64,000 nt of DNA, taken from the NCBI GenBank assembly GCA_965242655.1, contig OZ251482.1, positions 4,137,480 to 4,201,479 on the forward strand, written 5' to 3'. Made by a program: the position numbers and the translations under genes. Shown in pieces: positions 1 to 9,047 of this stretch (its first letter is position 1; each line of letters starts with the position of its first letter). The notes beneath the pieces were generated by a model. That model searched no databases and was not told the origin of the DNA. It saw nothing but the letters and a program-made list of their open reading frames with translations. The stretch is from Caldilineaceae bacterium. GTDB taxonomy: Bacteria; Chloroflexota; Anaerolineae; Caldilineales; Caldilineaceae.

Positions 1-1972
1 CCGCGTCCGGGGCCGGATGCGGCGACGCCTGCGCGGCCAGAATTTCGCGCAGGCGCGGCGCGCTGACGCAGGCGCTCGCTTGGGCCATCCGCGCCTGAAA
101 ACGGGCCTGGTCTCCGTAACGGACGGCGTCCACCATCAGCTCGCGCAGTTGCCGCGCGTCGAGCGCGAGGCCCAAAACGTCGTACACGCGCCCGCCCAGC
201 GTCGCGCGCGCCTGCTCCAGTTTTTCCAACAGACGCGCGTAGACGTCGCCTTCCCGCGTCCCTTGGGCCACCAGATTCCACAGATGGCAAACCTGCGTCT
301 GGCCGATGCGGTGGATGCGTCCGAAACGCTGTTCGAGCCGGTTGGGGTTCCACGGCAGGTCGTAGTTGACCATGAGATGCGCGCACTGGAGATTGATGCC
401 TTCGCCGGCCGCGTCGTTGGCCACCAAGATGCAGGCGTCGGCATCTTGGGTAAAACGCGTCACGGCGCGCTGGCGCTCGCGCCATGCGAGGCCGCCGTGA
501 ATCTCGACTACGGCCTCGGGACGTCCCAGACGCGTCCGTATCCTCTGGGCCAGATACGTCAGCGTATCCCGGGCTTCGGTGAAGACAATCAGCTTGCGGC
601 TCTGGTCCGCGCCCATGACGCGGGGATCGTCCAGGATGCTGTTGAGTTGAAGCCATTTCGCGTCGCGGCCTGAGCGCAGCAGCGTACGCGCCTGTTCTTC
701 CAGCCGCGACAGGGTCTGGATTTCGGCGCGCAACTCGGAGGCCGTCGTGGCCGCCGTAGCCCGGTCCAGCACTTGCTCTTCCGCGTGCGCGATTTCCTCT
801 TCGGGCGCGTCTTCCAGCCATTCGGGCGTGAAGACGGCGGACGGGTCTGCCAAGGCGCGGAAGGAAGCCTCAGGCCGGGAGGACGCGCCCCGCTCGATCT
901 GGGGCAGCCGTTGCTGGAGCCGTTGGCGGCGGCGCTGGAGGCTCTTGTGAATGGCGGCCGGCGAGGAAGCCAGACGCCGCTGCAGCAGCTGCAGGGCGAA
1001 ACCTACCGTCTGTTGCCGGTTGCCTTGGCGTTCCCCGATCCGTTCCGCCCGGTTCATTTCTGCGCGCACGTAATGCGTGACGGCTTCGTACAAGGCGGTT
1101 TCGGCCGGGGACAGGGCGAAACGCGCGGTATAGGCCCGGCGTTCCGGGAACAAGGGAGTTCCATCGAAGCGCAACAGTTCTTCCTTGGTCAGGCGGCGCA
1201 TCAAACCCCGGGCTTCCGCCCTGTGGATGCCGCTCCGGAACTTGCCGGCGAAACGATCCGGGTCCAGCAGAGCCATGAACAGCTGGAAATCTTCCTCTTT
1301 GCCGTTGTGCGGAGTGGCGGTCATGAGCAGAAAGTCCCGGCAGCGCGCCGCCAGCGCTTCGCCCAACCGATAACGCTTCGTCTTGCGCACCTCGGCGCCG
1401 TAGTAGCTGGCGGACATGCGGTGCGCTTCGTCGCAGATCACCAGATCCCACGCCGCGGCCGTCTTGAGCAGGGCTTGATTCTTCGCGTTGCGACTGAGCG
1501 TGTCCATGCGGGCCAGCAGGAAGGGATGCCGATCGAAGGGATTGCCCGCGCGGGCCTCGGGTTCGGAGCCGCCGAAAACCGCGAACGACAGGCCGAATTT
1601 GGCGGACAATTCCCAACGCCACTGCGCGACCAGATTGCCGGGCACGACGATCAGGCAGCGCTTCAAATCCCCGCGGGCCTTGAGTTCCTTCAACAGGAGG
1701 CCCGCCATGACGGTTTTGCCTGCCCCCGGATCGTCGGCGAGCAGGAAACGCAACGGACGCCGCGGCAACATCTCGTCGTACACGGCGGCGATTTGATGCG
1801 GCAGCGGCTCAATCTGCGAGGTATGCAGGGCCGAGTACGGATCGAACAGGTAAGCGGAACGAATGCGGTAGGCTTCCAGCGCCAGCTGAAACGCGCGTCC
1901 GTCCGCGTCGAACGGCCACGGGACGCGTGGCGACCCGCCAACGGGCTTGCGCTGATGCAAGGTTGCGTTCAT
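1..1972 (-). CDS. SNF2/Rad54-family (COG0553-like) superfamily-2 helicase, N-terminal ~657 aa; C-terminus runs off the left edge of the window
   Basis: Own minus-strand translation from ATG at 1972. It reads MNATLHQRKPVGG..LFDPYSALHTSQIEPLPHQIAAVYDEML..LLADDPGAGKT (motif I), VICDEAHRM (DEAH), LLMTATPHNGKEEDF (III), LVANDAAGEGINLQ (V), NPNRLEQRFGRIHRIGQ (VI). The frame is open to position 1. It is absent from the ORF track because it is open-ended. Confidence 0.85.
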   Translation of the reverse strand, partial: MNATLHQRKPVGGSPRVPWPFDADGRAFQLALEAYRIRSAYLFDPYSALHTSQIEPLPHQIAAVYDEMLPRRPLRFLLADDPGAGKTVMAGLLLKELKARGDLKRCLIVVPGNLVAQWRWELSAKFGLSFAVFGGSEPEARAGNPFDRHPFLLARMDTLSRNAKNQALLKTAAAWDLVICDEAHRMSASYYGAEVRKTKRYRLGEALAARCRDFLLMTATPHNGKEEDFQLFMALLDPDRFAGKFRSGIHRAEARGLMRRLTKEELLRFDGTPLFPERRAYTARFALSPAETALYEAVTHYVRAEMNRAERIGERQGNRQQTVGFALQLLQRRLASSPAAIHKSLQRRRQRLQQRLPQIERGASSRPEASFRALADPSAVFTPEWLEDAPEEEIAHAEEQVLDRATAATTASELRAEIQTLSRLEEQARTLLRSGRDAKWLQLNSILDDPRVMGADQSRKLIVFTEARDTLTYLAQRIRTRLGRPEAVVEIHGGLAWRERQRAVTRFTQDADACILVANDAAGEGINLQCAHLMVNYDLPWNPNRLEQRFGRIHRIGQTQVCHLWNLVAQGTREGDVYARLLEKLEQARATLGGRVYDVLGLALDARQLRELMVDAVRYGDQARFQARMAQASACVSAPRLREILAAQASPHPAPDA

Positions 1973-2176
1973 CTCGAAAGACGTACGAAACATAGGCTTA
2001 GGTGCGCGTCAAACGTAACGGGACCGCTGGAATCCAAGCCGCCGCCTCGGGCCAGGCTTCGCGGTTTTAGTTCGTGCGATGGCTGCCCTCGTCCCCTGCA
2101 GACGACGGCGCTGAGCGTTATAGTAAGGCGTTGCGACGATGAACCATGCTTTTCCTTGCACGAGAGGCCTGCCCGT

Positions 2177-3151
2177 CTAGGCCAATCCCAACCGCTTAAG
2201 TTTGGCTTCGGCCTGTGCCGCGCGCGCTTCCGCCTGCTCTGCGCGTTCCGCGGCTTGGGCCGCCCGCGCCGCTTCCCGATCCGCGCGTTCCGCTTCCTGA
2301 TCCACGCGTTCCGCGGCTTGGGCCGCCCGCGCTATTTCCCGATCTGCGCGTTCCGCGGCTTGGGCCGCCCGCGCCGCTTCCCGATCCGCGCGTTCCGCTT
2401 CCTGATCCACGCGTTCCGCGGCTTGGGCCGCCCGCGCTATTTCCCGATCTGCGCGTTCCGCGGCTTGGGCCGCCCGCGCCGCTTCCCGATCCGCGCGTTC
2501 CGCTTCCTGATCCGCGCGTTCTGCTTCCTGCAGATCGGGAAGGATCCAAGCGTCCTCTTTCGGATTCCACAGGCGCAACTCATCGCGCGCGCCCAAGGAT
2601 CCCCAATACGTATCCAGCACGGTACTGTAGAGCATCGTCGCCTCTTGTTCCTGGTCGTAGCGGGAGGGGATGGGGACGTAGCGTCCCTGTTGCAGAGCCC
2701 AGCCTTGCAAACGCGGAGCGAGCAGGTCGCCGTGGGGATCGTATTGCCAGTACTCGTCAATACCCAACCGTTGGTAGAGCCGATGCTTGATGACTTGGTC
2801 CACCGCCTTGACGGTGCTGGGCGATGCCACTTCCATAACCAGAGCGGGCGGCTTGCCCACCTCCCACAGCAGGTAAGGCGTCCGGGGCGGCAACTGGACG
2901 TCATAGGCCAGGATCACGTCCGGAGCCACCCACTTCTTGGGGTTGCCTTCTTCGTAATACAGGAGAAAATCCCCGGTGATCAGGTGCGCATCCTCAGCGG
3001 CCTGCCAATGCCTTTTCAGGTGCTTCCGAATGGCGCTTACGGCATACGTCAAGGCATCGTACTGTTCGCGGGTTTCGCACATAGGATCTTCGTTGTCGCA
3101 CGGATACTCGACCGTAGGCTCGGCCGAGACCATAACTGCTGTCGCTTCCAT
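2177..3151 (-). CDS. Uma2-family (DUF820) PD-(D/E)XK-like endonuclease with C-terminal heptad-repeat coiled-coil tail
   Basis: ORF track 2177..3193. Motifs are PCDNEDPM, PDVILAYD, LVMEVASPST, IDEYWQYDP, typical of the Uma2 family. I moved the start to ATG 3151 because GGAGAGG lies 8 nt upstream and TGGTATAAT lies just beyond it; 3193 remains possible. Confidence 0.8.
   Translation of the reverse strand: MEATAVMVSAEPTVEYPCDNEDPMCETREQYDALTYAVSAIRKHLKRHWQAAEDAHLITGDFLLYYEEGNPKKWVAPDVILAYDVQLPPRTPYLLWEVGKPPALVMEVASPSTVKAVDQVIKHRLYQRLGIDEYWQYDPHGDLLAPRLQGWALQQGRYVPIPSRYDQEQEATMLYSTVLDTYWGSLGARDELRLWNPKEDAWILPDLQEAERADQEAERADREAARAAQAAERADREIARAAQAAERVDQEAERADREAARAAQAAERADREIARAAQAAERVDQEAERADREAARAAQAAERAEQAEARAAQAEAKLKRLGLA
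2241..2530 (-). repeat. In-frame tandem repeat, 105-nt unit (5 x 21 nt), about 2.75 copies, encoding AAERVDQ EAERADR EAARAAQ AAERADR EIARAAQ
   Basis: The same string gcgcgttccgcggcttgggccgcccgcgccgcttcccgat recurs at 2241, 2346 and 2451, a spacing of exactly 105 nt. Confidence 0.9.
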
Positions 3152-3159
3152 CGCGTTCA

Positions 3160-3181
3160 CCTCTCCGTTGCCATTATACCA
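3160..3181 (-). promoter_or_regulatory. Candidate extended -10 (TGGTATAAT) plus Shine-Dalgarno (GGAGAGG) for the Uma2 gene
   Basis: The minus strand reads TGGTATAATGGCAACGGAGAGGTGAACGCGATG. Motif match only; no experimental support. Confidence 0.35.
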
Positions 3182-3389
3182 TCCTGACGGCATCGCCCGC
3201 GGAAGCGTTCATTTGGCTTAGCGATGCGCAAACGCCTTGCCGCGCTTCGAGGGGCATGTACGGTCCTATACGCGGCCATGCCTTTGACGCGCTGGACAGC
3301 GCGCGCGGTGCCGCGGCGGCCGCCCGCGGCCACGCCGTCTGTCCGCCCTTGCGCGCGAGGCGCGTGCCACGCGCGTATCCCCCGCCGCG

Positions 3390-6300
3390 TCACTCTGCTT
3401 CGAATGCGCAATTCTGGAATTTCAGGGCCGCGCAGTTTTCCTTGATCGTGCGCATATCCTCCGCGGAAAGGCCGTCCGGCACGCGCGCCCGGATCTCGAA
3501 GCTGACTTCCACCTGCGCGTTCGGCTGGGACGTAAGATAGGACAATATCTCTTCCGCAATGCGTCCCGCTTCCCGGCCCAAACGTTCGGGATCCGCATGG
3601 ACGGTCCCAAAGAAACGGGTGCGTTTGGCGGGCGGCGGGGGCGGAGGATCGTCGGGCCGATCCGTAGGGGAAGACGTAACAGAATCCAGTTCTGATTCCT
3701 GATCGCGCGCGTCGGCTTGGGTGCGGCTCTCGTCCTCTTCAATCTGCGCCTGCGCGGCTTCCCGCTTGACCAGCAAACTCCGTTCGCCCAGCGTCGTCCA
3801 AGGCTCCGCCTCCCCCTCCAGCACGAGATGCGCGTACCGGCCTGAGGCGTCATCGAAATCCTGGGCGAAGGCGAAGGCGTCGTTATGGATTTGCGCTACG
3901 GCCGCCCGGATCGCGTCATGGAGGAGACCCCGATGCGTCAGGCGCGGCAAGTACAGGTAACTGCAGAGGTCTTCCCAGATCCGTTGGATGCTTACGTGCG
4001 GCTGATTGCGCCACAGATCGTGTTCGTCCAGCAGCATATGCAGGCGCCGCGGTCCCAGTTTGACGTAGAGATCCTCGTCCCGGATCAGGCGCTCCGCCAC
4101 GCGGTGGGCCAAGTCGCCCGTGCCGCCCAGGTGGAAGACGCGCCAGGCAATGTTGCCGTCCGCATCCGCTTTCTGGGGCAGCATCACGCGATGCCAGGCC
4201 TCCGGGATGCGCGTCCGCACGATGTCCTCCGCCTCGGCGCGGCGCCGTTGCGCCAAAGCGCTTTGCTGGGCATCCAAGGCCAGGCTTTCGCGTTCCGCCA
4301 CGATGGATTCCCACGCGAGCAGGGAGCGGACGGCGGCCGCGACGGAATCCGTGCGCGCCTCGTCGGCGGCCAGGAACGCGAGCATGTTGCGGAAACGGCG
4401 CTGCGCGTTCCCGCGTTTGAGCAGAAGCTCCCGGCCGAAGGCATGCGCCTGGCTGCGTTCCTCGGCGGAGGCGAAGGTATGGTCGGGTCCCAGCACGACC
4501 AGGCGCGCGCTGTCGATATCGGGAACGTCCTCGGTGAGTTGCGGCGCTACGTGAACGCGGTCGAAGGCGCCGCGCCCGCTCAACGCGCGCAGAAATTGCA
4601 CCGTTCGCTCGGCCACGTCCTCGGCCGGACACGCGCCGGCTCTGTCTTCGGCCAGTTTGGCGACGCTGGGCTTGGTGGCGAACCATACGCGGGAGCCGTC
4701 CTGGTAGAGATACGTAGCCTGGGCCGCGAAGCGGCGCAGGGCGTCGCCGTAACTCTGGTGGACTTCGCCGGGTTGCGTGCTGCCCAGCCGGATCTGCCGT
4801 TCGTCGATGCCGGGATGGTCGCTCGTTTCGAAGGTCGGCGCGGTGCCCATGAAGAGGCAGCGCGCGACGCGGCGCGTGGCGGAGTAGCGACTCAGGTTGG
4901 GAATGCTGTTGTCGATTTTGCGGGGCACGGAATTGGCGCCCTCGATATCTTTGTCCAGAACGGCCGTCCAGTCCCGATCCAGACTCTTGAAAATCTCCGC
5001 CTGCACTTCGCTGTCGTCCAGCCGCACCATGGCCGGCAGGATCATGCGGTAGTCGGAGGCGTTCTCCCAGTTGATGCGTACGATGGTGGCGATCATGCGC
5101 AACACGCCGCGGGTGCGCTGAAAACGATCCAGGCTGCCCCAGTCCTGGTACAGTTGGTCGAACAGGGCCGGATGGATGGGGTAGGCTTTCTGCATGCGCT
5201 CCCTGTATTCGGCTTCGCTGCAGTCGGGCGGAAACTCCTGGCGGGCCGCGCGATAGGTCTGCCAAAAGGCGTCGATGGTGCGCTCGCGCTCGCGCAAACG
5301 TTGCGGATCCGTTAGCGGTTCGAACAAGCGCCGCCGCACGATTTCGAAACTCTCGTCCGCCGTGGCCGCGCGCCAGGGGCTCTCCATGCGCCCGAACACG
5401 CTTTCCAGGTGCTTGAGCGCCACGCTTCCGCCTTCGCCGCCGATTTCGATGGCGGATTCAGGCAGGCTGGCCACGACCACGGCGCCGGGTACGGCGCGGG
5501 CCGCTTCCGTCAAGGCCTGCACGAAAGTCAGGTTGGCGTCGAAGGATCCAGCCGGCGGCGCCTTGTCCAGGCGGTAGAGCTGGCGAATGAAAGCCACCCA
5601 TTCGTCGATCAGAATGAGGCAGGGACTGGCCAGGCGCAACAACTGTGACAGCGCCGTGGATCCCGGGGCCGTGCCGCCCTGATCCGCCGCGGCCACGAGA
5701 TCGTACCCCTGGCGTCCGCCCAGTTGCCAGGCCAGGCTGCCCCACATGGTATGGACGCGGGCGCCGTCGGCCTGGAGATCGACGTCGCTTACGCCGCGCA
5801 TCGTCCCTACGAAGACGGCTCTGCGAGCTGGGGGCAAATCCGTCAGTCCGAGTTCGCGCAAAAGATCGTCCATGCCCGGGAGATGCTTGGCCGCGGGGCC
5901 GGCGCCGCTCATGTGATACAGGGCCAGCATGGAATGCGTCTTGCCGCCGCCGAAGCCCGTTTGCAGCTCGATGACGGGATCGCCGCCCTTGCCGGCGAAC
6001 CGGCGCGCCGCGCTCGCCAGCAGGGCGTTAAGCCCCGCCGTCAAGAAGGTGCGTTTGAAGAATTCGCCGGGATCGCCGTATTCCGCGCGCGCCTCGCCGC
6101 GGGAAACCTGTCCCAGATCCGCGGCGAATTCCGCCTCGGTGAAGGTATCGGCCAAGACGTCCGCATGCGGCGTCACGACGGCCCGCCAGGGCGTGCCGCT
6201 GACGTTGCTGCCCGCGCTCACGTCGGCGCTGGTCCGTTTCGCGCGGTTCTGGCTCGCGACCGTGGTGCGCATCAACTCTTCGTACAGATTGACCGCCTCT

Positions 6301-6683
6301 CCGTATTGCTTGCGCGCCGCGATATCGCTCAGCAGTTTGCGGGCATGGCCCAACGCCTGTTGCGCGTCGAAAGACGTGAACGCGCGTTCATGCGCGTAAC
6401 TGTTGCGCGTGTCGAGCAAGGCGTGCGCGGTCGTGCGCGTGTCGCGTCCGAGTTCCGTCCGGAAGGCATCGTCCCAGCGATAGCACAGCACTTTCAACAG
6501 CAGATGGCTGTCCCACTGTATCGGTTCGTTGCCTCGGCCGTGGATGGATGGCTCGTTCTGACGCAGGCGACTGGGCCAGTGCTGGCCCCAAGTCGCGCGC
6601 AGGCGTCGTTCCACGAAAGGCTGCAGCCCTTCCCGGAGCAAATCAAGGATTTTCTTGATGCGTTCGCTGTTCGTATAGGCCAT
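3390..6683 (-). CDS. DUF499-type (COG1483-like) P-loop ATPase with N-terminal Swt1-like HEPN domain
   Basis: ORF track 3390..6815; start moved to ATG 6683 (MAYTNSERIKKILDLLREGLQPFVERRL). The HEPN Rx4H motif is present as RNSYAH. TPWRAVVTPHADVLADTFTEAEFAADLGQV and IELQTGFGGGKTHSMLALYH (P-loop) match my recollection of DUF499 proteins. Confidence 0.85.
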   Translation of the reverse strand: MAYTNSERIKKILDLLREGLQPFVERRLRATWGQHWPSRLRQNEPSIHGRGNEPIQWDSHLLLKVLCYRWDDAFRTELGRDTRTTAHALLDTRNSYAHERAFTSFDAQQALGHARKLLSDIAARKQYGEAVNLYEELMRTTVASQNRAKRTSADVSAGSNVSGTPWRAVVTPHADVLADTFTEAEFAADLGQVSRGEARAEYGDPGEFFKRTFLTAGLNALLASAARRFAGKGGDPVIELQTGFGGGKTHSMLALYHMSGAGPAAKHLPGMDDLLRELGLTDLPPARRAVFVGTMRGVSDVDLQADGARVHTMWGSLAWQLGGRQGYDLVAAADQGGTAPGSTALSQLLRLASPCLILIDEWVAFIRQLYRLDKAPPAGSFDANLTFVQALTEAARAVPGAVVVASLPESAIEIGGEGGSVALKHLESVFGRMESPWRAATADESFEIVRRRLFEPLTDPQRLRERERTIDAFWQTYRAARQEFPPDCSEAEYRERMQKAYPIHPALFDQLYQDWGSLDRFQRTRGVLRMIATIVRINWENASDYRMILPAMVRLDDSEVQAEIFKSLDRDWTAVLDKDIEGANSVPRKIDNSIPNLSRYSATRRVARCLFMGTAPTFETSDHPGIDERQIRLGSTQPGEVHQSYGDALRRFAAQATYLYQDGSRVWFATKPSVAKLAEDRAGACPAEDVAERTVQFLRALSGRGAFDRVHVAPQLTEDVPDIDSARLVVLGPDHTFASAEERSQAHAFGRELLLKRGNAQRRFRNMLAFLAADEARTDSVAAAVRSLLAWESIVAERESLALDAQQSALAQRRRAEAEDIVRTRIPEAWHRVMLPQKADADGNIAWRVFHLGGTGDLAHRVAERLIRDEDLYVKLGPRRLHMLLDEHDLWRNQPHVSIQRIWEDLCSYLYLPRLTHRGLLHDAIRAAVAQIHNDAFAFAQDFDDASGRYAHLVLEGEAEPWTTLGERSLLVKREAAQAQIEEDESRTQADARDQESELDSVTSSPTDRPDDPPPPPPAKRTRFFGTVHADPERLGREAGRIAEEILSYLTSQPNAQVEVSFEIRARVPDGLSAEDMRTIKENCAALKFQNCAFEAE

Positions 6684-6861
6684 GGCGTTTTCTCTGGTGA
6701 ACAAGACGTGGGAGATTGCCGGAACGAACCCGGGAAGAAGGTCGATCCTCTTCGGCACCGGATCCGGTTCGCGCGCGGTCGTTGTAGTGTAAAAGTATTC
6801 ACGGCGCCAAGCCAAAGCCGCGGCGCCGTCTAGGCACGCAAGGCCGCGCCTGCGTTACGGG

Positions 6862-6957
6862 TCAGGTCGTGTCGAGGTGGGATTGCAGCCAGATCCAAAC
6901 CCCTGCCAAATACAGAAAACCCAGGAACCGTTGCGCGTATTTGCCATAGCGGTAGGT
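6862..6957 (-). mobile_element. IS5-family DDE transposase, extreme C-terminal remnant (pseudogene fragment)
   Basis: The minus-strand translation TYRYGKYAQRFLGFLYLAGVWIWLQSHLDTT* resembles the conserved ..ATRYDK...FLGFLxLAxxxIWL C-terminus of IS5-type transposases. A stop lies immediately upstream. Confidence 0.5.
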
Positions 6958-7099
6958 TCACAGATAGCTGGGCTGTCCCAAGGCCAAGTCGTCTGGGACA
7001 GGCTTATCAAGCGTCCTTGGCGCGATCGTTTTACTCATAGACGATCAGGCAGCCAAGGGCGCCGCGCGTAGCATCCATCACAGGGCTTTCGCTCGTTCT

Positions 7100-7402
7100 T
7101 CAAGATGGCATTTTCATCTGGGGGGCAGCCCTTCTTTCTTTACGCGTCGTTCTTAACCGTCGCGCGGCTTCCAACCGTCCCTCAGCCGTCAGCCTGAGTC
7201 TCAGATCCGTTTGTCTTGGACTGGCCGTCAGCTCTATAGGGTATTGCCGCGCAAACGCTTTCAAAAGTCTTTGCGCCACGGCCTTCGCCTCTTCATGGCT
7301 GTCTACGAAGGGTAAGGCTTCGATCTCTTCCAAGGTAATCTGAGCATTGTGCAAAAGGAGCATGCCGGCCAAACGCACGGAAATGGCAAAAGTGTCAACC
7401 AT
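7100..7402 (-). CDS. Hypothetical 100-aa protein, translationally coupled to the upstream protease gene
   Basis: ORF track 7100..7462. ATG 7402 is preceded by AAGGAGGAG. Its start overlaps the protease stop by 8 nt (ATGGTTGA). The sequence MVDTFAISVRLAGMLLLHNAQITLEEIEALPF... ends in a basic C-terminal tail. I recognise no family. Confidence 0.6.
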   Translation of the reverse strand: MVDTFAISVRLAGMLLLHNAQITLEEIEALPFVDSHEEAKAVAQRLLKAFARQYPIELTASPRQTDLRLRLTAEGRLEAARRLRTTRKERRAAPQMKMPS

Positions 7403-8354
7403 CTTCTCCTCCTTTGGTATCAGGGGAAGCCTCTGGACGAACAATGTCAGGAGGCAACTCATCCAAAAGAGCGGGCGGCAATTTTTTGAGTTGCTCCGTC
7501 ATGTCTTGCTTGAGTTGCGCTTCCTGTAACTCGGCTTTCCGTCGCACCAACTTGTGAATTCGCCATACGAGGCGAAATGGGTCGGGGCAAAGATCATCCA
7601 CTACCAAGCCTAAGGATCTCGCTTCATCAATGTTGATGCAAAATCCATGGTCGGCGTAATCTTCGACTAACCGAGTCGCGATCTGTCGCGCGGACGCCTC
7701 CTTGTCCTTAAGCATACGCGAGGACAGCAGATTGTTCGCATACTGTTTTCCAATCTCCAAAGATTGCTTGACGCCGCCCAGCGTAATCGGAAACTGGAGC
7801 CTCTGCAATAGCCCTTCAGCCAAAGCGGTGTGTCCTTGATCGAACTCTTTCCTGATCAACTCCAGCGTGAATTCAATATGTAGGGGCGAAAAAGATTCGA
7901 GTCTCTGCTCCAGAGGATTCATCTGCGTTATCTGAGGGTCCAAGGGACCCGGTTCAGCTACGGGCGTCATCATTATCGAGTCGCCCCCGCATACCAAAAG
8001 CGTCGCAGCACTTTTCGCCCAGCGAGGCACAATATACGTTAAGCGCTTACGTCCGTACCTTTGAAGGAGCAAAGCCAGATTGTATGCGGCATCTATATCG
8101 CCGCCACCGGAATCAACCACTACGATGAGGCGCTGATCGTTATCAAGACCGATGCGATCGAGCAGAGCGTCAAATACGTTATCAACTGTCTTAGCCGTAA
8201 TTTGGTCCTCTGCAAACAAGAATGGATGGCAGGCCTCGCCGTCGTCTCCGCAAGCCTTGGCGAGTTTGCCAAGAAGATCCTCTATTTCCGTATCAATAGC
8301 GGCTATATCGTCCATAGCAGCGACATCATTTGAAGACATTTTGTACTCTGACAT
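7395..8354 (-). CDS. SDH-family (serine dehydrogenase proteinase-like) ClpP/crotonase-fold serine protease
   Basis: ORF track 7395..8564; start moved to ATG 8354 (MSEYKMSSND). The core LIVVVDSGGGDIDAAYNLALLL..TYIVPRWAKSAATLLVCGGDSIMMTPVAEPGPLDPQ matches the ClpP-fold SDH/SppA-like pattern, with a Ser nucleophile in AKSAAT. GC is visibly lower than in the flanks. Confidence 0.75.
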   Translation of the reverse strand: MSEYKMSSNDVAAMDDIAAIDTEIEDLLGKLAKACGDDGEACHPFLFAEDQITAKTVDNVFDALLDRIGLDNDQRLIVVVDSGGGDIDAAYNLALLLQRYGRKRLTYIVPRWAKSAATLLVCGGDSIMMTPVAEPGPLDPQITQMNPLEQRLESFSPLHIEFTLELIRKEFDQGHTALAEGLLQRLQFPITLGGVKQSLEIGKQYANNLLSSRMLKDKEASARQIATRLVEDYADHGFCINIDEARSLGLVVDDLCPDPFRLVWRIHKLVRRKAELQEAQLKQDMTEQLKKLPPALLDELPPDIVRPEASPDTKGGEDG

Positions 8355-8639
8355 CAGTATTTTGCGCCTTTCAGAGAAAAATCCCAAGACCACTGTAGCA
8401 AACCATGGGGTACATACCCAAACGGCAGAAGCACTGAGATTATGCCGCAGTATGATGGGCCTTCTTTGATCTTGCCCTGTGTCCAAGAAATTGGACTGGT
8501 AAGGCCGCCCGGTGGATGGACACCCGCAGATCCGCATCCTATCTTTTCTGAACGTCGGTTCCAAGCGGTCGGCCGCGTACGGGAAGGGGAACGCGGTCTA
8601 TCGCCGCCAGGCCCGCGGAGCGATCAGGGCATCGGGCCG

Positions 8640-9047
8640 CGCCGGATGGCCCACAGGCACCGCCGCGTGGCGGAACGGCACGGTAGTCCGCGCCACGATC
8701 GTCCCCAAGCCCGGACCTTGGTCAAAGTCTGGATCGGCGCGCTCCAGTCCTGCCTGATCGCGGATCGGGCCTATGACCGCGATGCTTTCCGCGCCGGGGT
8801 GGCGCAACAGGGCATCCAGGACGTCATGCCCGCGCGCGCCCGATGCCTGGAGCCTCAACCCCACGACTTGGAGGCGTACCGGCGCGCCACGCAGCCGCAA
8901 CTGGCTCAAGGGTGGCGGCGCGCGGCCACTCGCTACGACCCTATACGCACATCGTTGCTTGGGTTGCCTGTGTTGGGCAGAGGGGCTTGGATCTGGATGA
9001 AGTCAAAGTTCTGTACGACTTGGGGCCAGAGCCGCCGCCGGCCATAA
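8640..9047 (+). mobile_element. IS5-family DDE transposase, 5'-truncated and degenerate C-terminal half (pseudogene)
   Basis: The frame of ORF 8442..9047 reads ..HDRPQARTLV..LIADRAYDRDAFRAGVAQQGIQDVMPARARCLEPQPHDLEAYR...WRRAATRYD...AWIWMKS, which is the IS5-type DDE region. No N-terminal half is present. Confidence 0.6.

Noticed and set aside
773-3187. 804-aa plus-strand ORF spanning the helicase 5' end, the intergenic region and the whole Uma2 gene
   Set aside because: It runs antisense to two well-supported minus-strand genes and crosses an intergenic gap. Its repeats (PRRFPIRAFRFLIHAFRGLGR) are just the mirror image of the Uma2 heptad array. This is a typical high-GC open-frame artefact.
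6816-7100. Treating the protease cassette as part of the DUF499 operon
   Set aside because: An IS5-type remnant and about 400 nt separate the small ORF end (7100) from the DUF499 start (6683). Base composition changes abruptly there. Functional linkage is not excluded, but the sequence does not support it.
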